Below, piece by piece: positions 12,922 to 25,488 of a stretch of DNA of 64,000 nt. Position 1 is the stretch's first letter, and each line of letters starts with the position of its first letter. Source of the DNA: Lama guanicoe (taxonomy: Eukaryota); the NCBI GenBank assembly GCA_013239625.1, contig MU054187.1, positions 11,731,893 through 11,795,892 of the forward strand, read 5' to 3'. A program made the translations under genes and the position numbers. The notes beneath the pieces were generated by a model. That model ran no database searches. It saw only the letters and a list, made by a program, of their open reading frames with translations, and was not told where the DNA came from.

Positions 12922-15900
12922 GAAATGGTTATATAGTTTTAACTTGACCCTTCATACAATATTTCAATGTTCCAGGGCTCTTCACATTTGTAATCAGCAC
13001 CCCCAGACCACTCTGATACGACCAACTTCAGTAAGTACTAAACATGTAAGACATACTGATCTTGAGCCCCCAAAACAAACATCCCCTCGCTACCATCTGC
13101 TCCCTCTGTCTGCTTGGTCTAGCTCTACTCTTGTTCTCTCATTCTCTCCCTCTCTCTTCTTTTCTTCCCTCTCTCTCTCTCTCCCAGCTACACACACACA
13201 CACACACCCTTCAGGAAAATCATGGTGTTTTGGACTTAACCCTCTTTCATTTGGTTCAGTATTGTCTCAACATCCAGTGCTCTTTTATCAATAAATCAAT
13301 TTCAGTAAACAAGTTTGGACAATAGTTCCCTTCTGATGACTCCTTTTGCCATTAGAAGAAGTACCAGCCAAATCCTATATTATGAGCGAAAACTCCACAG
13401 CTGTACAGGAGTACCCCTGTTCTCCCCCTCCTGAGGATATTAGGTTTGATTTCCATATTTGATGGAATTCAGCATCGTGGGGCATGCAGAAGTACTTGGG
13501 TCTCCTACCTGGAAAACATCTTCTTTTTCTAGTTAGAAAGGCTCTCTAATCAGGACTGCACTGGTCTAGGTATAGTCTCCGTGATGAGATGACACCATTC
13601 CTTTAGCACGGGTTAAGCTAGCTACATATATTACAATATTTGCATGCATTTCATCAGACTCATATGATAAAAGGTTCTTCACCACTGAAATCTCTCCCTT
13701 GTTTAACTAGCAACCACCACTTGTATGAACAGAGATAAAAAGAAGGATAAGCAGACAAAGAAGATAATTTAAAGAAACGCAGATCCCACTTAATCCCAGG
13801 ATCTTTTATTCCATTCTTGGGTCCCAGTTGAGCATCATGAAAGTCTACTGAAGGGCCAGACACTCTACAGAGAATACGTATCCCCCACGCAGCACTTAAA
13901 CAATTAGACAGAACCACCCTGGTCACTCAAAAGCCTTTCCTCCTCAAAGATGACATTCATTTTAGTATTCACATCTCATGTGGAAGTTAACTCTGCTGCT
14001 CGGGCTGTAGAATGCCTTCTGTTTTGTAATTCTAACGTGGCATTACTCTTGGGCATTAGTGACACGGTGTAAAATGGTAACATTTACAGGGTACTTAGCA
14101 GTGATGCCAGTAAATCAAGAAGACGTTTCAGTAACACTTAGGTTTTAAACTTCTGCCTCACTCACCCTCTGTCCTAGCCATTAGTGATGTATAATTGAAA
14201 TCTTAATTCTCACTGACTTGGGCAGAGTCCAGCCTCTTCAGGAAACAATAATGCTATCTGACACGCATGACCTTTATGATTAAAATAACTTGTCACTTTT
14301 AGAAAATGCCCCTTCCATATCTCATTAACAGCTTCACAACCTCCAATCTTCAAAAAAAACAAAACAAAACAAAAAAACCAAAAAGACATGTATTTCAGGA
14401 GATGCCCAGAAAATTTGTTTTACTCTTGGAGGTATTACTGGAATAACAAAGTATTTATCTATGTTATTATCAGCAATAAGCATCTGGTTTCTATTATAAA
14501 ACATATAAAAAAACTTCAGAACAATTATCAAAGCATCTCCAAGGATACAAAAAGTCCATAGGAACATCAAGTTCAAAAATACTTCCAATTTATTAAGAGC
14601 TCTCTGAATATGCAAATGCCCACAAAACTAATTAGACCAATCACTGTCTAATACCTGTATCATAGTGTTGACTAACAATTCTGTAGATAGTTGCAAGAGA
14701 TAATTGGATGACATTTAATTTACAGAGAAAGAGAGGAAAAAAAACATAAACACAAACAAGAGCAAATCCTCTGCTCAGGTTTCATTGTCATGTCCCCATT
14801 ACCCATTGTAACCAGCGTGAGCTCAAAAGCGTTTTACCGAGATGCAGAGAATGAAAACCACGTTCTATACAATATTTCTTTGAATTAACTGAACTTTCCA
14901 AAGGCATGGGACAATGAGGAACATAACTTGACCCAGGGCACAGATGAAGGACAAAACAATGTGGTACAATGGGGTTTTATCTCTTAACAGTATTTGTACT
15001 CAGTTCTAGCCAGACAAGCCATCCTTCTTAGAAATCAATGAAATAGCTAAAGAGAATTCTCTGGAATTTGGGATGACATAAATTACTGCATTTACAGATG
15101 ATTTGGGCTCTGATATCATTTAGTATCTAAAAGAACTAAAGATTTTCAGATGCTTCAGAATACTGGTGAAGCCCAAGAGGTCTTAAAGATTTTCCTGTAG
15201 AACAGGAGATAATTTAAGTCAGAAATACACTGTTTGTGCACACGTCTGTTCACCCATACCCCATACATACTACCTCGAAAGACTGGAGTTCAATAATTTG
15301 ATGATAAAAAAGTCATCACCTCACCAGAACTTACAAGACCTATTTTAAAATGATAGCTTTTAAAACAAGGTTTTAAATTTGCATCAAAAATAATATTTTT
15401 AAATACAGAAGCATTTCTGAAAGTTTGGCATTACCTGGCATAAATCAGAATTGATGTTGAATCCTTCTTTAAAAAAAGAGAGAGAGATAAAGAATATAAA
15501 AGAACTTCTCATACAGTAATATTGGGCAACAGTCACAAATATGATTGTTCAGAATTTACATTTGGAAGTGATAAATAATTACGTGTTTCATCTGAGTATA
15601 TTTCCTAATGAAAGGGTTCAGTCCATACTTAAACCCTTGCTAAAGTGCAATGATTCACCATACTTATAGGATAAAGTCCTAATCCGTTACCTACATATGC
15701 TTTGTGATAAAGTTTTAAAGATAAAAATGTGTCATCTTTGACTGAGAAGACAGTCAGTCCAAAGCTATTTAACTATGAAGCTAATTGGCCAGATAAATAT
15801 TAAACTTTTGAACTTATTGACAAATGACTCTGCCCTGTAGAAGTCAGTCATTCAGTTGAGAACAAGCCTTACTAATGTAAATGGGCATGTGTAATATATG

Positions 15901-17551
15901 TGTGAGTTTCTTTACTCATACACAGACACATGTGTACTTGAACTTTAGAAATTAAAAACCAAACAGAAAGAAAAAAAATGCATGTTACTTTTTGTTTTGT
16001 TTTCAATTAAGTCATTCAATAATGCATTTATTTTCTGGGAAACTATGATGAGATCAAGTATCCACACAGGTGGTTAGGACTAAGATTCACTGTTTTGATG
16101 CTTGAATTTGCATGGATAGCCTGTTAATAATTGTTAACAGTCTACACTCTATTTACATTTCGCCCCACAGTATGAAGTTTAATTGACAACTCTAAAGTGA
16201 TTTAAAGCTGCAAATTCTAATGCCTTTACAGACTCATAATTCAAGAGGGAAAATGGTATACATACGAGTAATTCATTTAATTTCTACTTTAACTTTGAAA
16301 AACAAGCTCTTTGGAGTCTAGCAGGTTTCTGGGACTTTTCACTTTATTGATCTAAATATAATGTGAGAAAACTAACACAGTCCGGTTGCAATTCAACAAG
16401 TAAATTCAAGATCTTATTTGGTTTGCACACAACATAAACAAACAAAAAATGATTCCTACAAGTTAAGCTTTTTAACTAAATGTATAATGGAGATATAAGT
16501 AAAAGGAGGGGTCTTTTTTAATGGTAATACCAAAAAAAGGTAAATATTAGTGAAAAGTAGCATTTTATATTTTAAATTGATACACATATTTTTGTATTTG
16601 CTTATCATGCCATCTAGTATTGCATTTTCTTCCTCAAAATACATGAGCTACACTCTGTAAAGGTTCCCTACAATATACTGTACATAGGTGAAACTTGAAG
16701 TTTTGTTCAAATAAATTCAAATATAAATACATGCTTTCATCCAATGGGAGTTAAGATAAAAGGAAGACAAATGAATCAAGTGTTTGACAGAAATATGAAC
16801 AATGCAATTTTTTCTATGCAAAGGATGTACATTCTGCATTTAGGAAAAAATATCTGCTAACCCATTGTTATTCCTGCACCAACTGCCCAAGGATGTCTGA
16901 AGTGCAAACATAACCAGGATAGCAGAAGACTCTCTAGCATTCATTAAATTTACTGTTAGAGAAAGGGCTTTGCATCAGATATAGGTAATTAGCAGGGAAG
17001 TTTGTCCTACTCGTTAGCATATCTTTTCTAAATGAGATATATCTCACAGTTTCACTACTGAGTTATAGCCTTCCTCTCAAGAAAGAGAATTGTTTGATTA
17101 AAATGTGACCCTTACATGCACAGTCCTTGTAAGCTTGAACTAGTTTTATCTCTCTTCAATTTTTAAATCACTAATGGAAAGCTGGCTGTTCTGGATTCAA
17201 GTAAACATTAATGTTCATGCTAAAACACATTTCTGAATGGTATATTAATACCCCAGGTCTGTATCTGTTTTTCAACTGTTCTAAGCTAGAAAAAGTCAGA
17301 CCAAAATGGTCTGGTGTAGAGAGGAGAGGGAGCATCACTATTGTCCTTGCCCACTTTCTTATATATTCTTCTGAATCCTTGGATATTGAAATATACTGGT
17401 GATGACACTGAAATGATGGAAGGGGGAAAATTCACAATTTTTTATGCTTTGTATACTATGATTTTGAACTCATTCCTCTTGTGGAAAATTTTGCTTCTGA
17501 TACAGTTGTGAAGCAAGGTAGTGCATCCTAATTCTTTGTCATTTGTGAATA

Positions 17552-17862
17552 TGTGGCAATGGTGGTTAACTTTAGGCATTAACTGGAGGGTGTTTTTTGA
17601 TGAGATTAACATTTAAATCAGTGAATTTGGGTAGCTTAGATGGTTTTTGATGATGAGGGTGGGCCTCACCTAATCACTTGAAGGCCTGAACAGCACAAAA
17701 ACAATGGCTTCTCCAGCAAGAGGGAATCCTCCAGCAAACTGCCTGTGGACTATAACTGCACCACTGCCTATCCTGAGTCTCCAGCATGCCAGCCCACGTT
17801 GCCAATTTTGAACTCACACACCATCTTATCGGTTCTGTTTCTCTGGAGAAGCCTGACTAATA
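17552..17862 (+). mobile_element. MLT2 (ERVL) LTR, internally deleted
   Basis: GATGAGATTAACATTTAAATCAGTG, GGTGGGCCTCACCTAATCACTTGAAGGCCTGAA, GGTTCTGTTTCTCTGGAGAAGCCTGACTAATA. Confidence 0.85.
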
Positions 17863-18161
17863 AATGGTGCATGTACCAGTAACTTTCCTAGATATTTTTT
17901 CTAAAAAAGTACTTTTTAAATCCGTTATTAAGTTTTAGTGTTTCAGAATGCTCTCCTTGTATATAAGAACATCTCATAGTCATTGTGTGATTCATTTATG
18001 CACTCTCATATCCAAGCGGAAATAACAAAATGCCATACTTTTTTTCACATTCAGATGAAAAAAGGAAAACATAAATTGAGTAGTGGATGTCCAGAGTCTT
18101 TCTATTCTTCTAAAAAATACATTATAATATTTCTTCAAAACCCAGTTTATTCATCACTTGT

Positions 18162-18360
18162 TGTAGGCCCCCATCTGAAGGCTCTAGAGAATAAGCCATG
18201 GGCTGAACTGATAAACAAGCTGTGAGGAATGTCATGTATCCATACTGGACACGTTAAGTAGGCCATCTCTTATCCAGCCTGGATACGTGACATTCCTCAC
18301 AGCTTGTTTATCAGTTCAGCCCATGGCTTATTCTCTAGAACCTTCAGACGGGGGCCTACA
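18162..18360. repeat. Long inverted repeat (88-bp arms, 23-nt spacer)
   Basis: 18162-18249 is the reverse complement of 18273-18360 at 83 of 88 positions. The element begins TGT and ends ACA. Confidence 0.97.
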
Positions 18361-18467
18361 TATATGTACATATTATATGAATATATGAGTATATATGTGT
18401 GTATGTGAATAAGTATATATGTGTGTGTTTTGTGTATATATGGAGATGGAGGGAGAGAGAGAGAGAG

Positions 18468-19765
18468 CGATCCTCATATTCCCAGATTCCTTTTTGATTA
18501 GCTCCTTTGTTGTATAAAATGTGTTTGTAACCCCAAATCAGTGCTCTCTGTGCTTTCCCAGGGATTTGTGCATGTGTGCGGAGAAGCATTCACCTTCCCC
18601 AGCTGAGATCACATAAGGCAACACGCTGCCTTGCTGCCCCAGCTCTCACAGTGTAAACAAGTATCATTTTCACAGTATTTGGTGCCACATTTTCCACATC
18701 TGTGTTCTTTTTCTCGGTGACTTTACTGTAAAACTGCCCCCAAGTGCAGCACTGAAGTGCTGCACAGTGTTCTTAAGCATGAGAAGGCTGTGGTTTGCCT
18801 CATGGAGAGAATACACATTAGATAAGTTCTGTTCAGGCACGGGTAAGAGTGCTGCTGACTGAGAGTTCAGTATAAATGAATCAAGACTATATGCTAAACA
18901 TTGGTGCAGCCATTATGGAAAACAGTATGAAGATTACTCAAAAAACAAAAAATAGGCTTACCATGTGACCCAGCAATCCCCCTCCTGGGCATGTATCTGG
19001 AGGGAACTCTAATTCAAAAACATACCTGCACCCCAATGTTTACAGCAGCCCTATATACCATAACCAAGACATAGAAGCAACCTAAATGTCCATCAATAGA
19101 TGACTGTATAAAGAAGTTGTGTATTTATACAATAGAATGCTACACAGCCATAAAAGATAATAAAATACTGCCATTTGCAGCCACATGGATGGATGTGAAG
19201 ATTGTCATTCTAAGTGAAGTAAGCCAGAAAAAGAAAGAAAAATACCATATGATATCACTCATATGTGGAATCTAAAAAAAAAAAAAAAGAAGCAGAAGGA
19301 AAAAGAGGACACTAATGAATTCATCTACAAAACAGAAAGAGACTTGCAGACATAGTAAACAATCTTACAGTTACCGGGGGAAAGGAGGTGGGAATGGATA
19401 AACCTGGGAGTTTGCAAATTGCAAATGTTAACCACTATATATAAAAATAAATAAAAACCACATTTCTTCTGTATAGCACAGGGAACTATATTCATATCTT
19501 GTAATGACCTTTAAAGAAAAAGAATATGAAAACAAATATGTATATATATATGCATGACAGTGACATTATGCTGTACACCAGAAATTGACACATTGTAGCG
19601 GTCTATATTTCAACTTAAAAAATTAAACAAAAAGAATATATACTAAACAAAGTACATTTAAACAGAAACACACATAAGACAATGTATTAATCAGTTGACA
19701 AAAATATTCAACTCTCATGAATTTGTCTCATGAAAACTTAACTGTAAATAATGAGGATCAACTAT
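18468..19765. mobile_element. TcMar-Tigger DNA transposon (MER82-like), split by an L1 insertion
   Basis: CCCAGCTGAG..CTCTCACAGTGTAAACAAG..GCACTGAAGTGCTG..GAAGGCTGTG..TTAGATAAG (18468-18900) continues at ~19650 (AAACAGAAACACACATAAG) and ends AATAATGAGGATCAACT. Confidence 0.75.
18901..19633 (+). mobile_element. 5'-truncated LINE-1 (ORF2 end + 3'UTR)
   Basis: Typical L1 3' sequence (GACCCAGCAATCCC, CCATTTGCAGCCACATGGATGG, CTGTATAGCACAGGGAACTATATTC) with an A tail. TSD TATATGCTAAACA versus TATATACTAAACA. Confidence 0.93.
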
Positions 19766-20314
19766 ATATAACAACATTTGTGTAAATTTAAAAAGAACTC
19801 AAAAATAATTTATAGGATAAGTGGATACAAATCAATCTAGGAATAATGTGAAAATTATTGGTTGGATACACAATGAATTAATGATACAGTTGCCTCTAAT
19901 AAATGAAGAAAGCAAATGGGACTGGGATTAAGAAGAAACAAGTTAAATTTTAGTTGTATTTAGTGTTAAATGTAAAGTTGCTCTCATTTTACTTAAAAAA
20001 GATAGTAACCCACTAAAAAAATAAATAATGGTCAATTATCTCTGTTCCAAACTCTCGAGTTCAGATTCTCATTATGTTTTTTAGTTTTTGTCTTTTGGCC
20101 TGGGAAGAACACTTAAGTCTGCCTTAGAAATCATTTATTTCATAATATTTCATAATATTGATCACGTTTAGTCTGATAGGAGCACGTTTCATCCTCACTG
20201 CACTTTCCACTCCGCCGACTCACGTCCTCTATCTGCAATACCCTGCCTAACCAAACACAATGCGGTCTTCAAATCTTGGCACAGTCATCCCCTCCCCCAC
20301 ACTCTACCTTGGGT

Positions 20315-21845
20315 TTTCTTTGTTCTTTTTTTTGTTAAGTTTGTATTTTTTAAATAAGAAAACCGATTCTTTAAAAAAAAAAAATAGTGTCTTTACATGC
20401 CGAGGTGTATATAGATCCGCATGAGGTTTAGATTCGCAGCAGGTTTTCCCCCAGATGAAAACTCAAAATGATGCAGTTCTCAAGATCCTGAGGTTGGGAG
20501 GCCACATGCAGGCTCTCCTGTCTGGCCGAGGCACACAGTGGACAGCAGGCTGGTGGGTCCTGGGGCAGGTGTCCTGGGCCAGGTCTCCATGACGCTCTGG
20601 GGGATGGCCGTGCCTCAGTCACTGTCTTCGTCCCCTTCACTGCCTCCAGAGGGCTGAGGACCCTTGTGTCTGGGCCGGCCGCTGCGAGGGCAGTAGTGCT
20701 GAAGTTGTACAGGGGCAGGGTGCTCAGCCACTGGGCCGTAGACCGCTCGTGGCGCTCGGTGCTGCTGCTGATGGGGTAGATGTGCTGCTCCTTGAAGGCC
20801 GTGGCCTCCACCTCCTCCCGCGCCGGGTCCAGCGGTTTGTGCAGCCCGCGGCGGCGGAAGCGCCGGTTGTGCTTCTTAAAGTGCACGCGCTCCAGCACCA
20901 GGCCGAGCCCGGGCGCCGTGGGCACGTCCACCTTGGCCTTCCCCCAGCTGCGCTCCAGCTCGCTCTCCGGCGCGCAGCCCTCGACATCGGCCACCACCAG
21001 GCCCACCATCTTCCAGACCTGCTGTGTCAGGAAGCTCTGGCCCTTGAACTTGATCGCCACGAGCTCCATGCCCTCCCACACGAAGGGCCCCTCGCAGAAC
21101 ATGTCCAGGATGTAGCGCCCTGCGCTAGGCTCCCGGGACCCCTTCCATGAGGTGAAGTTGTGGAAGCTGTGGGTGCCCTTGTAGCAGGCGCGGAAACGGT
21201 TCCCCCACCGTGGGGTGTCCGCGCTCAGCTGTTAGTCCTCATGATGCACATCGTGGTCCTTGTGCGCGAAGGCGAACGTGGGCAGCACGTAGAAGAAGGT
21301 CCTAATGTCGCACTTGTTTGGAGTTGAAGCTGTCAGTGACCCTCTTCAGACCCAGTATCTGGATCTGAGACGGGAGGTGGTTGTTGATCTTGTCTAAGAT
21401 GTTGCCGACCAGCCACAGCTTGAGGGACACGACCTGGCTGTCCGCAGACACCCCCTTGCCTTTCTGGGTGCAGTGCTGGAAGGACATCTTCCTCATGTCT
21501 TCCCCGTGATTCTCAGGAATACCGCCGGACCGGACCGGGGGGACCAGGTCATCCTCGATGGTCCTGAATTGCGAGGACCCAACACTCCTCTGCAGGCTGT
21601 GGCCCCCTTCCCGGAAGAGGCCACGAGCGGCACAGTGTTCTGCTCGGGCAGTTTGCGGGGCTGCTCCCCATCCTCGCTGCTCTTGAGCTGTTTTGCTGCT
21701 GCGCTGTTTCCTCCTGGATCCTGGCCGGGCCCTGTCAGCCGCTGCGGGCCTTCGTGTCCTGCACCTGTCTGGCCCCCTGGGCATCAGCGCCTCCCCGGTC
21801 CCTGCCATGGGGGTGGGGGGGCGGCAAGCAGAGGAGGCGTTTCTT
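20315..21845 (-). pseudogene. PUS1: Processed pseudogene of tRNA pseudouridine synthase 1 (TruA family)
   Basis: The intronless minus-strand ORF pieces match mammalian PUS1: '[59 protein letters not shown]' (21302-21808) and '[53 protein letters not shown]' (20428-21102). Disablements include frameshifts (near 21310 and 20640) and an in-frame TAA at 21232-21234. The ancestral stop is at 20615-20617, followed by a 3'UTR and a degraded poly(A), seen as T-rich 20315-20352. A short candidate TSD TTTCTT lies at 20315-20320 and 21840-21845, followed by AA (L1-endonuclease-like site). Confidence 0.95.
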
Positions 21846-22790
21846 AATAGAAACCTCTATTTTATTATTATTTTACATTCTTCAATCCAAGTTAACCAAA
21901 CTGGGAAAAATCATTTCCCTGTATTACTATGAAGAAAAGCCCATTATAGTTCTTTTATGTCTTACAAAGAATATAATACTCAGAATACATAAAGAGGCAT
22001 CATTGGATAGGCAAAAAAACAAGCAGAAAGCATGGCCTATTTATTCATCTAGCAGTTTTTGCATTTTCCACACATTGGTTTTGAGATGTAGTCAAAGGCC
22101 TTTTTAAAATGTATTTTGCACCCTAAAGAAGGTTACATATGTGATTTCTGTGTAGAAATGAATAGGAATATATAACTGATAGTAACCTGCCATTCATTTC
22201 ATATAAACTTTCTTTATATATAAGAATTTTATACAATAAGATCCACTGAACACGAATAATGTCTCTCGTACTACACTGAACACTTTATGGGAGATCTAAA
22301 ATGTATAAAGGCCTTAGTCCTCTCATCAAGTAGTTTACTGTTGGTTTATACAGATAAGTGAGAATTGTTAAAAATTATTAAAAAGCAAAATTCGGTGGTA
22401 AAGGAAGACAATAGTCTAGACCAGAACCCAGGAATCTTTATTAAAGGGAAATTTTTTGAGCCATGGGTAATATTCAGATTATTGTGAAGAAATATAGAGA
22501 TAGGAATAGTGGTGGGGGTGGGTGGGAATTATATGAAACATGAAGGAAATACCCAGCTAGAAAAGAGGGTTATGATGAAATACATTGTAAATAATGCTGG
22601 ATGGTTAAGTTTACTGTAAGTCTTGAAAATCTGTTGGAGGAACTTGGAGAACCAGAAAAGTGATGTGATAAATCAGCAAGTTCAATGTAGATTGCTTTTA
22701 AGAGGTTTGTGTATATATACACATAATATGAAATGGACCAAATGCAGGGATTTTGGAATTGGAACCATTAGAGTGGAGAAGGATTCAGAC

Positions 22791-22980
22791 CAGTGCTTCT
22801 CAAAGTGCGGTCTCACAGCCAGCAGCTGCAGCATTGCTGGGGAGCCTGTTAGAAATGCAAATTCTTGGGGTTGTTTCCTGAAGTCCTCAACCAGACATTC
22901 TAGGATAGTGGGCCCCAGCCATTTGTGTTTAACAAGCCCTCCGGGTCATTCTGATGTTGCCCTAAAGCATAGAATGACTG
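22791..22980. mobile_element. MER5A-like hAT-Charlie element
   Basis: CAGTGCTTCTCAAAGTG..TGTTAGAAATGCAAATTCT..TTTAACAAGCCCTCCGGGTCATTCTGATG. Confidence 0.85.
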
Positions 22981-24831
22981 ATTCAGAGGAAGTAATCAGA
23001 TGAACTTACTAGAACAGAGGGGCCACTTACGGCAGTTAGGCTCTGGGCATTCTGTTAATACTCTTCCTGCTTCCCTGATCGACCACTAGAACATTCTTCA
23101 CAATGGTTATTTTAAGTCTTGTCGTGTGTCCTCTCTCCATACTTCCAAACTATCCCTGTTTCTCTTTTCTCTTAAATGACTTCTTGAAAAATTAAGTAGG
23201 TGCCATCAGAGAGGAGTGTCTTCCAGTTCTTGCCTACACTTCTTTTATTCCTACCCACTCTTATTTTTTCTCCCTTGTATTATCTAAGCTAAGCCACACT
23301 CATCTCCACTGGCCCCCTCACCTCCAGGGACCTCTCTCACTTTATATGACATTTCTGTCATCTCAAATCCCCCCACCTCTCAAACCACTCAGTGAAGAAT
23401 CCTATTCTGACCACACTTTTCCTCCTCGCTTATTGTTTAACCTCGCCCTCCACAATAGCTCTTTTGTATCCCTGGCGGACTTCATTGTACTTGACTGCCA
23501 GTAAATTCTCCAGGAAGTTCCTCTCCAGAGAGGAATGCATACCAGGAGGCAAATTTTTCCACTAGCAAGGAAGAAACTGAAAAAAGTGGGCATTTTTTAA
23601 TATATTAAGTCTGGATAATACCAGGGAAGGGGAATGAAGCGCCAGGAGGAACCTGAGCTCACGTTCCCATTCCCGAGGACCCTGAGGTGGTGGTGAGGAG
23701 AGGAGGAAGCGCCATGGCTTGAGGGGCTGCAGGGAATGCAGTTCTTCCAACAATAACCAGCTCTCCATTAAGGTGGAGAGAAGCCAAGAGAAGAGACTGG
23801 TTATGGTGGTCCAATCTAGGTCATGGCTTTCGAAGTGAGATAGAGTTAGGAAGAGTTGAGAGGAAGGAGGTAGTTAAACTAATACTCCCAACAGTGTGAA
23901 ATGATACTATTAGTGTCTCCTGGAAAGTAAAAAACAAATAATAAGGTACAGAGATCAAGAGGTCAGAGGAAGTTAAATGTTTAGTGGCAGTTTTGTTATT
24001 GTCCAGTCATTCTGTCCTATAAACCAGTGGAACACCTTAGTTTCAAAATTACACTTTTCTTGCAGTGACACAATTCCCTAAAGAAAAGTTATCATGTGAT
24101 TTAACAACAGGAACAAATACTTAAAATTAGGACTGTTTTGAAAAATCAGAGGCATGTGATTGCTGTAATTTTTTTTTTCACACTACCCTACAGCAATCCT
24201 ATTTATTTCACTTTCAGGATTGTGCATTAGAGATTCTGTGTTGAACTCATCTGAGTTTAATGTTTTCTAATGTGTAGTGTATGCGTCTTTTCAGTTCTCT
24301 TTATATATTTCTAAAAGTAGCATGCTTACCATTAGATTTTTTTATATCCAGGTTGTTATTCAATAATAAATTCGTATATCTTCAGTCAGCCAAAAAGAAA
24401 ATTGTACTGAAAGCTAAATGATTCCCAATTTCCTAAACAGAAATGTTACTATGAAGGGGAGAGGATGTGGAGAGGCTGGAGACAGGTTTTACCTTGAAGT
24501 TGCCATAAGAAATCTTTATCAAGAAGCTGTGTATACTTACATTAGTGTCAGGAGCCAATGTAGAAAAAAAAGTGATGGTTAATATAGTGATAAACATGCA
24601 TTCTGGATCAGCTTGACCCATCAAAAACAATCTATTTTTTTAAAAATACAAAATACAGAACCATTTAAGGGAGTGTGATAGGAGTTTTCTCACTAAAGTA
24701 GCCCCTTAGTTAGAAATATCAGCAGTAATTTTCAAGAATAGGGCCTTTCTATTTTTGCTTACTGACCAGGTAGGTGATTTTCCTACTACAAGTGTTTCAG
24801 AAGGAGGAATTGGGTATAGAGAACTACTTGG

Positions 24832-25017
24832 GAATATACAATGGGGAAAAGACAGTCTCTTCAATAAGTGGTGCTGGGAAAACTGGACAGCTACCTGTAA
24901 AAGAACAAAATTAGAACATTCCCTAACACCATATATAAAAATAAACTAAAAAATGGATTAGAGACCTAAATATAAGACTGGAAGCCATAAAACTCCTGGA
25001 GGAAAGCATCGGCAGAA
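24832..25017 (+). mobile_element. Internal LINE-1 ORF2 fragment with no poly(A) or TSD
   Basis: Translates as '[37 protein letters not shown]', a conserved L1 ORF2 segment. Confidence 0.92.
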
Positions 25018-25354
25018 TGTTTTCTGGCCCTTTTTAATGGTTTTTGATGCCATTGGGTCACTACAGCAGGGCACGGACATTTGTAGGGACAGAGAGATGG
25101 CTACTAGCAGAGAAAGGAGTCAGGGGCAGGAGGGATGCATGAGGGGTATGAACTGTGGGTGGAAGAAAGGGTTCTGATGGAGACTCATCCTGTGTCCTCA
25201 GGGAGGAATGTTTGGGGGGCCTTTCTGCCCCCGTGGTCACCAGAATGTTTTCCGGCCTTTTTAATCAATCCCTTCTTAGAATGTAGACTTTAACCCCAGA
25301 AACATTAGGTGTGATTTATGGGAAAAGCTTTAGTCTTAAAGCAAAATCATGGTG

Positions 25355-25488
25355 GGGGGAAGGGTATAGCTCAAGTGGCAGACTGCATGCTTAACACGCA
25401 CAAGGTCCTGGGTTCAATCCCCCGCACCTTCTCTAAATAAATTAAACAAACAAACAAACTTAATTACCTTCCCCCTCAAAGGAAAAAA
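25355..25488 (+). mobile_element. tRNA-derived SINE (Vic-1-like)
   Basis: GGGTATAGCTCAAGTGG..GGTCCTGGGTTCAATCCCC, then an A-rich tail. TSD AAAATCATGGTG at 25343-25354 and 25489-25500. Confidence 0.92.

Noticed and set aside
20749..21847. Plus-strand ORFs over the PUS1 copy
   Set aside because: They are antisense shadows of GC-rich coding-derived sequence.
25355..25430. tRNA-like sequences with A and B boxes (here and at the other SINE copies)
   Set aside because: They have A-rich tails and TSDs and differ from each other, so they are SINE heads rather than tRNA genes.
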